Shown one piece after another: positions 1 to 8,304 of a DNA stretch of 56,001 nucleotides; position 1 is the stretch's first letter; the number at the start of each line of letters is the position of its first letter. The notes below the pieces were generated by a model. It saw only the letters and a program-made list of their open reading frames with translations, had not been told where the DNA came from and ran no database searches. The position numbers were made by a program, and so were the translations under genes. The stretch covers positions 1 to 56,001 of the forward strand of contig CAZNUT010000001.1 of NCBI GenBank assembly GCA_964576365.1, written 5' to 3'. Origin of the DNA: an uncultured Gammaproteobacteria bacterium (GTDB taxonomy: Bacteria > Patescibacteriota > Microgenomatia > UBA1406 > GWC2-37-13).

Positions 1-149
1 ATGAAAAAATACACAATAATATAAAGAGGAATGAGATGAACACGACTCCCACTCAACCTACGGGGAAGAGGAGTGTAATTTTTTTTTCTAAAAAAAAGAC
101 CCATATTCTCATGATCCTTTCCCCTCAGTCAAAAGTCAAGCCAGACAAT

Positions 150-428
150 CTACTCATCAAATTCTGTTGATGTTTGAGGAGCTTGCCATGCATATTCACT
201 ACTATGATGGCTCATTGCTCCTAATGTCTGCAAATCTTGAATGGATACATTATTTGCTGCATAATTGACAGCCAGTTGTGGAGCCATTCCCGACGCAAGA
301 TACGCATCGAGCAAATCTTGAAAAGTTGTTTGATCACTAATTTCGGTTCCCGTTGTAGAGAGCATTGCTTCAACTACATCTTTTGATGTTTGCATAAATT
401 GTATACAATTTTTAATTACATCAGTCAT
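150..428 (-). CDS. hypothetical small acidic protein (92 aa)
   Basis: Intact ORF with no recognisable motif. Its start overlaps the stop of the upstream ORF (ATGA at 425-428), which suggests translational coupling. Confidence 0.4.
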   Translation of the reverse strand: MTDVIKNCIQFMQTSKDVVEAMLSTTGTEISDQTTFQDLLDAYLASGMAPQLAVNYAANNVSIQDLQTLGAMSHHSSEYAWQAPQTSTEFDE

Positions 429-643
429 GCCGATTGTGTAGCGTGATTATAGCGCAAACGTGCAGCCCGCCGTTCATTTGGATCTTTTGCCGCATGCTCA
501 GCAAATAATTTTTCCGGCAGATTGCGGATAAGATCTGCACCTAACGCAAAAAATTTATTTCTAAGCTCCAGATCTTCAGCAATTTCAGGGTGCCCGTCCA
601 GAACGAGGTCAGTATCATACTGTTCGGGACTTTTTTTGCCCAC
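425..643 (-). CDS. hypothetical small protein (72 aa)
   Basis: Intact ORF with a 4-nt overlap onto the downstream 92-aa ORF. No family motif recognised. Confidence 0.4.
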   Translation of the reverse strand: MGKKSPEQYDTDLVLDGHPEIAEDLELRNKFFALGADLIRNLPEKLFAEHAAKDPNERRAARLRYNHATQSA

Positions 644-771
644 CTATGATACCATGATCTCTGCGCATCTAAGCCAGAACAGATTCGGGTAATTGTTTTA
701 TAAATTCATCTTCACAATAAAACAAAAACACTTGAAGCATGTATTATTAAATACATCAGAAGTAATCTTAA

Positions 772-1104
772 TTATTTGACACATATCCTTAGGCCTGTAG
801 GCAAATCACTCAAATCCGCATCAATAAAATCTGGATCACATTGATGATCTGGCAAACTACCAATGAGCGAATCTAAATCATGCTCTCCTTGTCGAAGTAC
901 CTCTGTACCCCATCTACGTCCACCTCTAAATGCTCCCCCTATATTGACTTTAACCGTATCAGTCTGATCATAAACTTGCAATATTGCTCCACCAAAATCA
1001 TTTTCATGAAATGCTCCATCATCAATTTCAATAATAGTGCCATCTGTATAATATAAATCTGTCGCACGTACGATTTGACTTTCAAAACAATCTACCTTGA
1101 GCAT
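772..1104 (-). CDS. hypothetical acidic protein (110 aa)
   Basis: Intact ORF on the same strand as its neighbours. D/E-rich, with no recognisable motif. Confidence 0.4.
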   Translation of the reverse strand: MLKVDCFESQIVRATDLYYTDGTIIEIDDGAFHENDFGGAILQVYDQTDTVKVNIGGAFRGGRRWGTEVLRQGEHDLDSLIGSLPDHQCDPDFIDADLSDLPTGLRICVK

Positions 1105-1182
1105 GATTTTTAAATATAAATGATAAATACTAGGTTATCATATCTTGTTATTTCACAATTCGCTATACATAAATAATATGCA

Positions 1183-2214
1183 TCATTTCCAACCGCCTAA
1201 TTCTTTTTCTTTATCCGTGAGTTCAATACCAAGCAGTGGACCAAATCTGACTCTTTCATTTCTTCGTATAGCATCAGTATAAAAGGGAAAACCATTTTGA
1301 ATTTCGTAAGACAATGCGTTTATCATTCCGGGTGAGTCCTTATAGTTTTCTTCGCAATATAACTGCATATCAGCAATTAACTTTTCAAAAAGTGAAATAC
1401 CACAATCAGGGTATAAATGATGTGCGGTGCCAGCAAGTTCTGCACACACCTTAATATTTACATATTGTGCACTAGTCCCAAGAAGCATTCCTTTTTTTCT
1501 ACCTGGATCTTCTTTCAGTGCATTAGGATTTAAATTCATAAGCGCAGAATTACCATGAGGAGTAAGTGAGCAGGGTGGAGTAAGATCAGTATAATACATT
1601 TCCCCCTGATGAAATAGAAAATTATTCAACTTCATATCAAAAGTTAAAGGAAGTTGCGTCGAACGTAGCACCTCATCCATTTCTTTGTTATCTACCTCAT
1701 ACGGATTAAGTATAGGATGATAGTATTTCTTCTCACGGGGTCTATAAGGAAATAAATGTCTTTTTTCAGTAGGTGGGTCAAAATGAAAATTGGTATTTAT
1801 TACCCCTAGTAGCTTTTCTAGAATCTCGTGTTGCAAAACAGTGTCATTATTTTCTAAGCTGTATAACCACAACTTATCAAGCGTAACACCAGGAAGATAC
1901 TCTTGCAATGTATGAATAATATATCTCCCTGAGTTATCTTCCCTAGGTACAGCCTTACAATCATACAGTCGAGGCGTCTTTATTCCCATTGCATTACTTT
2001 GTTCGTTAAAAGCAAATACAAGTTGTGCGAAACCAGTCGCAGTTGCAGCACTCATACTCATATCGATACCGCGGGAATCATTTTGAAAGCCATATTTCTT
2101 AAGAAGCGCTTGCTTACCATCTGGAGTAATAGCATGGTCGATCACTCCGTAGTGAGAATGAAGTTCTGGGTTTTCAAAAAAAGCTGTATTTATAACAGAC
2201 TCAATTTGAGACAT
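1183..2214 (-). CDS. protein-kinase-like fold protein (atypical kinase / phosphotransferase)
   Basis: Hinge-like LQEYLPGVTL. Catalytic-loop-like FDMKLNNFLF (D-x-K-x-x-N), followed 12 residues after the Asn by YYTDL (DFG-like Asp). This spacing is as in the ePK/APH/Kdo-kinase superfamily. Confidence 0.5.
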   Translation of the reverse strand: MSQIESVINTAFFENPELHSHYGVIDHAITPDGKQALLKKYGFQNDSRGIDMSMSAATATGFAQLVFAFNEQSNAMGIKTPRLYDCKAVPREDNSGRYIIHTLQEYLPGVTLDKLWLYSLENNDTVLQHEILEKLLGVINTNFHFDPPTEKRHLFPYRPREKKYYHPILNPYEVDNKEMDEVLRSTQLPLTFDMKLNNFLFHQGEMYYTDLTPPCSLTPHGNSALMNLNPNALKEDPGRKKGMLLGTSAQYVNIKVCAELAGTAHHLYPDCGISLFEKLIADMQLYCEENYKDSPGMINALSYEIQNGFPFYTDAIRRNERVRFGPLLGIELTDKEKELGGWK

Positions 2215-2276
2215 ATTATATTATACACATTTTATGCGTAAAATACAACATGCTATAGGTTTTTATGGTCAAGGCT

Positions 2277-2510
2277 TTATTCTCCCCGTGCTAATACATC
2301 TATTTTTGGCTGATTGATGGCAATTTCTTCCGCCCTTGACTGAAGATTTGCAGCATTGTTATATCCAACAGGCGGCATGAGATTCACACTATATAGTGCT
2401 TGCTGTCCATTAACACCTTCTCGAGCATCAATTTGACGAAATCGAGCCCCACCTAAATGTTTGGTCACAAGCGCGTCTACCACGTCAATCAGATTTTCTG
2501 ACCGATTCAT
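2277..2510 (-). CDS. hypothetical small protein (77 aa from internal Met; ORF extends to 2558)
   Basis: The ORF is 2277..2558. The first 16 codons (MHFLCRIPVLFYYIYH) look like AT-rich spacer read-through, so Met17 (MNRSENL) is preferred as the start. Confidence 0.35.
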   Translation of the reverse strand: MNRSENLIDVVDALVTKHLGGARFRQIDAREGVNGQQALYSVNLMPPVGYNNAANLQSRAEEIAINQPKIDVLARGE

Positions 2511-2650
2511 ATGATATATATAATAAAATAATACGGGTATCCTACAAAGGAAATGCACAAAATAAAATGCACAATCAATATGTGTTAAAACTCCTCGACA
2601 TAAACGTAATTATCAGGGAATTAAATCCTAAAAAAGATTAAAAGAGTCGC

Positions 2651-4321
2651 TTAAGAAAGAGTTGCTTCAATACGCTTTATGAGAGCGTCTTTTTCCACAT
2701 CAGCTTTGGTGTGTGGAGTAGAGAAATGACGCAGCAGATTTTTACCCGCATTTTTCCAGAAAGTCAAAGAAACATAATTGGGTTTTTGAGACGGATCAAA
2801 GTCCAGTAGATGCCCGATGAGTTTGTATGCCATATAAAAAAGATACTTCGCGTCATGAAGCGAGCGTATCCCCACAATCTTTCGCCCAATATAGTGTGGC
2901 GTCATAAAAGCTGAATACAGATCCTGCTCAAGCTCCAGAATCTTCTCGTGTGGAAAAGGTACCTTCATTACCGGACGGCGCATGTCAAAATCATCGTAGT
3001 TTTCGGTGAGGAGCCATCCTTTTTCCTTACACTCGCGATAAAGCGGCGTGCCGGGGTAGGGGATCACGATAGTCGCCTGAATCGTCTCATAATATCCTTT
3101 TTTCATCGCGTACTTGGCGACATCGATCGTGCGCTTTGCATCTTCATATGACTCCCACGGATACCCGAGCATGATCGTGATATGTGGATCAAGTCCAGCT
3201 TTTTTCGCCATCGCGGGGTAGATGATCGCATCTTCTTCCTTGGTTCCTTTATCCAGACGGTCAAGCGTTTTCTGATTGGCCGACTCCATACCATAGAGAA
3301 TAAAACGGAATCCGGCCCGTCCCATAAGATCGTACATTTTCTGATTTGGAATAGCATTAAATCGCATATTGCACCCGTACTTCACTTTTTTGTTATACCC
3401 ACTTTCAATCAGAAGCTCGCAAAACTTTTTGAGTTTATTGCCAACAAAGAGAGTGCCGGCATCATCAAATATTTCTTTTACACCGTAGTTATCGACAACA
3501 TGTTTCACTTCGGCAAAAAGACGCTCTGGAGTAAAACTGCGGTATGAACCGATCGGATTTATGGTATGATCCCACACACAAAATGTACATTTGTTCCACC
3601 AGCAATCACGGCCGGAGTACATATAAGTACCTGGCGTGTATTTGTAATTACCATTTGCATAGGCGTAGAGTTTCCATTTGGTCAAATCGCGGTCAACAAA
3701 AGGAAGCGTATTCAAATCATGCTTCAGCGATGCAGGGCCGGAATGATAAATGACTTCGCCATTTTGCAATTTTTGACTTTTTACCTTTTCGCTTTTAATT
3801 TTTAGCTTTTTATTCGACGCTCTCCAATAGACTCCTCCTTCAAGCGGTACCCCTTTGGTGAGATGCTCGAGAATATTGAGCATCACAAAGTCATAATCTC
3901 CTCCTTTTATCGCGATGTCCACCGGACTGTTTTCAAAAATTTCATACGGAAGATAACTCACGTGGTCTCCCACCCAAACGAGTTGCAATTTGGGAAATCG
4001 TTTTTTGAGGTCTGCGATGATCTTCCAGTGGCGATGGATGACGGGCGATTTGGTCTCTACCATGAGAAAATCCGGCTGTATCTGTGCAAGTTCTTCACAC
4101 CACTGCTCGTAGGTCTGCTGACTGGCGATCCCATCCATCCAGTACACATCGTATCCTTTTGATTTGAGAAGTGATGCCGCATAGGCTGGCACCATAGGAT
4201 AAATATATGTAGGGGCATTAAAAAACTGGAATTGTCTATTTTGGGAAAGAAGCGGCACACCCTTTGAGGAGGGGAGAGGTGGGTAGCCGACTACGACTCG
4301 GAGAGGTCGGACAGTGTTCAT
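2651..4321 (-). CDS. B12-binding-domain radical SAM enzyme (HpnJ-like N-terminus)
   Basis: N-terminal Rossmann-like cobalamin-binding region (VVVGYPPLPS...QNRQFQ...YPMVPAYAASLLKSKGYDV...VWVGDHVS). Cys cluster SGRDCWWNKCTFCVW at aa 240-248. Downstream rSAM core (GMESANQKTLDRLDKG). Confidence 0.85.
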   Translation of the reverse strand: MNTVRPLRVVVGYPPLPSSKGVPLLSQNRQFQFFNAPTYIYPMVPAYAASLLKSKGYDVYWMDGIASQQTYEQWCEELAQIQPDFLMVETKSPVIHRHWKIIADLKKRFPKLQLVWVGDHVSYLPYEIFENSPVDIAIKGGDYDFVMLNILEHLTKGVPLEGGVYWRASNKKLKIKSEKVKSQKLQNGEVIYHSGPASLKHDLNTLPFVDRDLTKWKLYAYANGNYKYTPGTYMYSGRDCWWNKCTFCVWDHTINPIGSYRSFTPERLFAEVKHVVDNYGVKEIFDDAGTLFVGNKLKKFCELLIESGYNKKVKYGCNMRFNAIPNQKMYDLMGRAGFRFILYGMESANQKTLDRLDKGTKEEDAIIYPAMAKKAGLDPHITIMLGYPWESYEDAKRTIDVAKYAMKKGYYETIQATIVIPYPGTPLYRECKEKGWLLTENYDDFDMRRPVMKVPFPHEKILELEQDLYSAFMTPHYIGRKIVGIRSLHDAKYLFYMAYKLIGHLLDFDPSQKPNYVSLTFWKNAGKNLLRHFSTPHTKADVEKDALIKRIEATLS

Positions 4322-4372
4322 AACACTCTCATTTTCGCACGCATCATCTCAAATTACAACTGTTTGAAAGGA

Positions 4373-4636
4373 TTATTTTTCAAACCTTACTGTGATTTCT
4401 CTTCCAATAGCCATAGCTTGAAGTGCTAAATGATCTTGAACGGTGAGAAAATCTGTAGACGATGGTATAACTACTTCATCACCTGGATAAACAGTCGTCA
4501 TAAAGCTACTTAATTCTTCAACACTATTTCCACTAAATCTCACTCTTTTAGTTGGGGGGGGTGTAGTGAAAAACTCAACTAATTCAGTCATTGCTGCATC
4601 CCATTGAGCATCAGTCCATTCAGTTTGTTCTGCCAT
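4373..4636 (-). CDS. hypothetical small acidic protein (87 aa)
   Basis: Intact ORF 51 nt upstream of the radical SAM gene on the same strand. No motif recognised. Confidence 0.45.
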   Translation of the reverse strand: MAEQTEWTDAQWDAAMTELVEFFTTPPPTKRVRFSGNSVEELSSFMTTVYPGDEVVIPSSTDFLTVQDHLALQAMAIGREITVRFEK

Positions 4637-4700
4637 AATTTTTTAAAAAATACTATAAGATAATTTGATATAATATCAAACGTACAAAAATCATCTTGAC

Positions 4701-5696
4701 ATGAAAATGACATATACCTTTCACTCCGACATACGGCATGATGCAGCGCGGATACTCGGCACCCACGCCGGAGCCATGTGCGGATTTTTCACTGCCCAAC
4801 ACTTCATCATCCTGCCATATGCATACAAAAATACCGTCTATCTTCCGGACATTGACTATAGCCAAATCAAACCCTCTCCTACCGCCTCATATCATCCAGA
4901 CGACTATAGCGAAAAACAGCTCTCATATATTACGAAACAAATACAGACCAATACAAATAACAAAAATATCGACATTCTGCTGAAAAATATTCAACTGTCT
5001 GATCAACAAATACAAAACATTTTTTTGATATTATTTCCGACTATTTTCCCTTTAATCAAACATATTCACATCATTCTCACGCCATATGGAACTACGTGCT
5101 CATTCGACTTCAAAAAAGACAAAAAAAGCTACGATATATATCTGTGGATACGCAACGATGATGCAAAAAATCTGTTCGCAAGATACATTCATGCATTTGT
5201 ATCAGTACTTGTGCTTATCGAAACGGGCATCAGCGACATTCACACTGAAGAGTGGCGACATAAAGAATATCTTATCGACTACCTTCTTCGCCATACGTCG
5301 CTCAGTGCTATACATCCTGTCTCTCAGCGCACTCTCGCTTCACTGAAGATAAATCAACTCGGAACAAGACATCAACAAACAGCTGAAATATTTCTGACAA
5401 AACTCGGACTGAATAAAAAACTTGCAATTTCAAAAAAAGACGGTCAATATTATCTGGCAGATATAAAAATCGAACATCTCACGCATAACGAAATGAAACT
5501 TATTGATACGTTGTATGAAAAGAGGGGAGAATATGTATCAAAAAATGACTTGATGGGCTTACTCTATGGCGAAGATGGTGGAAACGAATGGAGTCTCACA
5601 AAACAAATTCAGCGACTTCGTGAAAAAATTCGAAAAACAGGCATTTATCATACACCTATCATGACAAACCGCAAGAGAGGATACATGCTTAGGTAA
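4701..5696 (+). CDS. DNA-binding protein with C-terminal OmpR/PhoB-type winged helix, no receiver domain
   Basis: The C-terminal ~75 aa (LTHNEMKLIDTLYEKRGEYVSKNDLMGLLYG...SLTKQIQRLREKIRK...TNRKRGYMLR) match the Trans_reg_C pattern. The N-terminal ~250 aa are unassignable. The exact start is uncertain. Confidence 0.7.
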   Translation: MKMTYTFHSDIRHDAARILGTHAGAMCGFFTAQHFIILPYAYKNTVYLPDIDYSQIKPSPTASYHPDDYSEKQLSYITKQIQTNTNNKNIDILLKNIQLSDQQIQNIFLILFPTIFPLIKHIHIILTPYGTTCSFDFKKDKKSYDIYLWIRNDDAKNLFARYIHAFVSVLVLIETGISDIHTEEWRHKEYLIDYLLRHTSLSAIHPVSQRTLASLKINQLGTRHQQTAEIFLTKLGLNKKLAISKKDGQYYLADIKIEHLTHNEMKLIDTLYEKRGEYVSKNDLMGLLYGEDGGNEWSLTKQIQRLREKIRKTGIYHTPIMTNRKRGYMLR

Positions 5697-6057
5697 CTTC
5701 AGTAGACTCAATATCAATCTCCAATGGCAACATATCCTGAAATTTCTCAAGATGCGCCGTGGATCCTGGCAATCGACAATCATCTGGAACTGAGCTACGT
5801 GATCCATTTGTGATACGCATACTTCCTTCTAATCCATCATAATCAGGTGTATTGAGGGGATAACAAAAAGGCTGAGCGCCTCTATTCAAATAATGTGGGC
5901 ATGGATGATCGGGATTATTGCAGACCTGCTCAAGCATTTCCCGAAACAAAATCGACGCATCGGTCTGATCAAGTGGAATATCAGAAACTACAGGCTCACG
6001 TCCTGAAAACCGAACTTCAAGAGCTTCCTGCCGGTTTCTGTGAAAACCATTATTCAT
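5689..6057 (-). CDS. hypothetical protein (122 aa)
   Basis: Intact ORF. Its 3' end overlaps the convergent wHTH gene by 8 nt. No motif recognised. Confidence 0.4.
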   Translation of the reverse strand: MNNGFHRNRQEALEVRFSGREPVVSDIPLDQTDASILFREMLEQVCNNPDHPCPHYLNRGAQPFCYPLNTPDYDGLEGSMRITNGSRSSVPDDCRLPGSTAHLEKFQDMLPLEIDIESTEVT

Positions 6058-6150
6058 AATATATTCACTGAACTTTTTTTCTCTTTTACTCTGAGATGCT
6101 GAATCAAATTCCTACCTGATGGATAAAAAACCAGGTAAAATGATTAAGAG

Positions 6151-6171
6151 ATCCCGAATCAAGTTCGGGAT
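6151..6171. repeat. hairpin atcccgaa-tcaag-ttcgggat
   Basis: Perfect 8-bp stem. Related to the hairpin at 21808-21827 by a compensatory C:G to T:A change. Confidence 0.7.
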
Positions 6172-6325
6172 GACGGATACTCAAATTGCTTTTGGTCAAA
6201 GCTTGTTAAGCTCTTATTGAACCCATCATCCTTTGGCTGACATTCCTACGTTCCTCGCAATGACGTTTTTTTTTGCTGAGTCGCTGAGCAGCTAAAGTAC
6301 TAAACCCCTCCAACCATAAAGCTAA

Positions 6326-6349
6326 CACCCTCCGATTCGGAGGGCAGGC
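6326..6349. repeat. 24-nt GC hairpin module (caccctccgattcggagggcaggc)
   Basis: 7-bp stem ccctccg/cggaggg. Its exact reverse complement occurs at 55584-55607. Confidence 0.85.
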
Positions 6350-6356
6350 CCTACAC

Positions 6357-6830
6357 CTATTTATACCTATCTTTCACCTGAAACAGGATATAAAATCCGA
6401 TGAGAGCAGAGATGATCGCTCCACCCACCTGAAGTGATAAAAGGCTGGAAGCAATAGACAACAACTGAGCATAAAACGCATTTTTCCATCCCTTCATGGT
6501 TTTATTAAACAATCCGGGAAGAGCAATGACATTAAACACAAGCGACAAAACAGTAAGAATAAGAGGTATGAACGAAAATACATTGCGGCCACTCATCATA
6601 CCATAACCTGTTGTCACCGGCGCAAAAACAGCAGTAAGACCCAACGCTGCGATGATAACAGGAAGTGAAAGAACCATTAGGATCAGAAGCACCCAAGGAC
6701 CAAACTTCACGATAGCATCTTTGACTTCGGAAGGAAGTTGAAATGGTGCTTTTTTCACAAAATACAACTCCAGAGTTTCTTCAAGTTTTTGTAATGACAT
6801 TTCCGAAGAATGATGAGTTTGGTCTGACAT
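6357..6830 (-). CDS. small integral membrane protein (157 aa, ~4 TM)
   Basis: Soluble N-terminus (LEETLELYFVKKAPFQLPSEVKDAIVKFGPW) followed by four hydrophobic helices. Confidence 0.6.
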   Translation of the reverse strand: MSDQTHHSSEMSLQKLEETLELYFVKKAPFQLPSEVKDAIVKFGPWVLLILMVLSLPVIIAALGLTAVFAPVTTGYGMMSGRNVFSFIPLILTVLSLVFNVIALPGLFNKTMKGWKNAFYAQLLSIASSLLSLQVGGAIISALIGFYILFQVKDRYK

Positions 6831-6943
6831 ATAAGTAAAAAATAATAATGTTGTTCAATTATAGTGTAATTCTGATGCCCTCAATTTGCAATAGGTGGCA
6901 AAAAAATATACAATATATACTTATTAAATAAGTACATCTATAT

Positions 6944-7222
6944 ATGAATAGATCAATTCAATTTAATGAGGGAGAAGGGACTGTTACACACTGGCCACCA
7001 GTTCAAAAACATCATGTTGAAACTATAGCATCAGAACTATATCACGGTCATTGTCTTGAATGTAATGAATATGGAATCAATTGTGGACCTAAATTGGTCA
7101 CAACCGAATCATTGGTTGTAAAAGGACACGATATCATTACTGGTGCTATTGTGGACGTAAATAACTCAGAAGGCACGATACCAAATACGTGTACTATAAA
7201 AGGGATTACATTGGAAGTTTAA
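6944..7222 (+). CDS. hypothetical small protein (92 aa)
   Basis: Intact ORF with scattered Cys/His (HGHCLECNEYGINCGP). No family recognised. Confidence 0.35.
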   Translation: MNRSIQFNEGEGTVTHWPPVQKHHVETIASELYHGHCLECNEYGINCGPKLVTTESLVVKGHDIITGAIVDVNNSEGTIPNTCTIKGITLEV

Positions 7223-7226
7223 ATTG

Positions 7227-8267
7227 CTATCGTACTTTCTTGACTACTTCCTGCAAAACTCCGCGTAAAAAGGCAAGACCATAGACGATATGAGTAAGTG
7301 GTATGAAGAAAAAAAGACTGAGCGCCACGACAGGATGATACGTTCTCCGAAGACACAGTACAAACTCATAACATAAAAGCAATACATACACTGCAATGGG
7401 GATCATAAACGCTACAAAAAGCTGCATTGAAAAGAAAACAAACATCAATTGAAGAATCAACACGATGGTCATCACTACAAGATATATACAAAATAAGGCA
7501 GGAACTGCATACGTAAGACTATGCGAATTTTCATCTCCTTGAGCAAAAAAAGTGCCCCGGTGGTAACCATACTGATCGTATTGATGTATATGACCTGTCA
7601 ATGATGAACGCCGGTGATGATACACCTGTACCTGAGGATCGTAAAAAAGCCGTATACCTGTTTTTTTATACAAGGCATTTAAGAACTTACTATCCTCACC
7701 AGGCCAATAAGTTGTCTGAAAACCGCCAACCTTTGCAAAAACTTCTTTTCTTACAATCATATTCATTGAGGGAAAATCATCAACATACCGCTCCTTTACA
7801 GGAATAAATCTATATGCATACCCACCGCTTCCCAGTGACGAAATCAACACTGCATTGATCATCTGTTCCCACAATGTTGCCCGAGGTGGCATCATACCAG
7901 GTCCTCCTAATACATGAATAGTATTGTCACTGTTCAGTCGTTTTTTGACATTATAAAGCCAGTTTTTTTTCGGCCAAGCATCATCGTCTAAAAATATCAC
8001 GACCGAACCACGAGCATGCTTCACTCCATAATCTCTTTTTACACCAGGCTTTTGACCCTCTACTTCATGGTCAAAACGCAACCACGGAAAATCACGCTGC
8101 AAACGCTCTTCTGAAACAGTGCGCGTATCAGCAAGCACGATCACCTCAAAATCGTCATATTCTTGTGCCGCGAGTGCGGGTAGTGTCTCTTCGATAAGGT
8201 ATGATGAAATGATACGACAGGGGATGATGATAGAAAAAAAAGGTGAAGAAGTGACACCGTTAGTCAT
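7227..8267 (-). CDS. family 2 glycosyltransferase with C-terminal TM helices
   Basis: FSIIIPCR...EVIVLADT, DxD-like FLDDDAWP, and a C-terminal hydrophobic segment. Confidence 0.85.
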   Translation of the reverse strand: MTNGVTSSPFFSIIIPCRIISSYLIEETLPALAAQEYDDFEVIVLADTRTVSEERLQRDFPWLRFDHEVEGQKPGVKRDYGVKHARGSVVIFLDDDAWPKKNWLYNVKKRLNSDNTIHVLGGPGMMPPRATLWEQMINAVLISSLGSGGYAYRFIPVKERYVDDFPSMNMIVRKEVFAKVGGFQTTYWPGEDSKFLNALYKKTGIRLFYDPQVQVYHHRRSSLTGHIHQYDQYGYHRGTFFAQGDENSHSLTYAVPALFCIYLVVMTIVLILQLMFVFFSMQLFVAFMIPIAVYVLLLCYEFVLCLRRTYHPVVALSLFFFIPLTHIVYGLAFLRGVLQEVVKKVR

Positions 8268-8304
8268 TGATGAAAGAATTTAAGATGTACTTATTATACA
8301 GCAG

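Noticed and set aside
79-97. A T9-ct-A8 tract downstream of the 92-aa ORF, considered as an intrinsic terminator.
   Set aside because: The A/T tracts only pair with each other, with no GC-rich stem, so this is not a convincing terminator.
1-149. A possible short + strand ORF (atg aac acg act ...) at the window edge.
   Set aside because: It runs antisense into the 92-aa minus-strand ORF, has no motif, and the edge context is missing.
4696-4701. A TTGACA -35-like hexamer overlapping the annotated ATG of the wHTH gene. If real, it would imply a downstream true start.
   Set aside because: I could not find a convincing -10 at 16-18 nt spacing, so the start is left as annotated with a caveat.
4373-6057. 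The shared pentapeptide VRFSG in the 87-aa (4373-4636) and 122-aa (5689-6057) ORFs, considered as evidence of a paralogous family.
   Set aside because: Five residues with no flanking similarity is within chance expectation.
6266-6274. The T9 run in the 6-kb spacer, considered as the U-tract of a rho-independent terminator.
   Set aside because: The preceding potential stem is only acgt/acgt (4 bp). The flanking genes are on the minus strand, where the run reads as A9.
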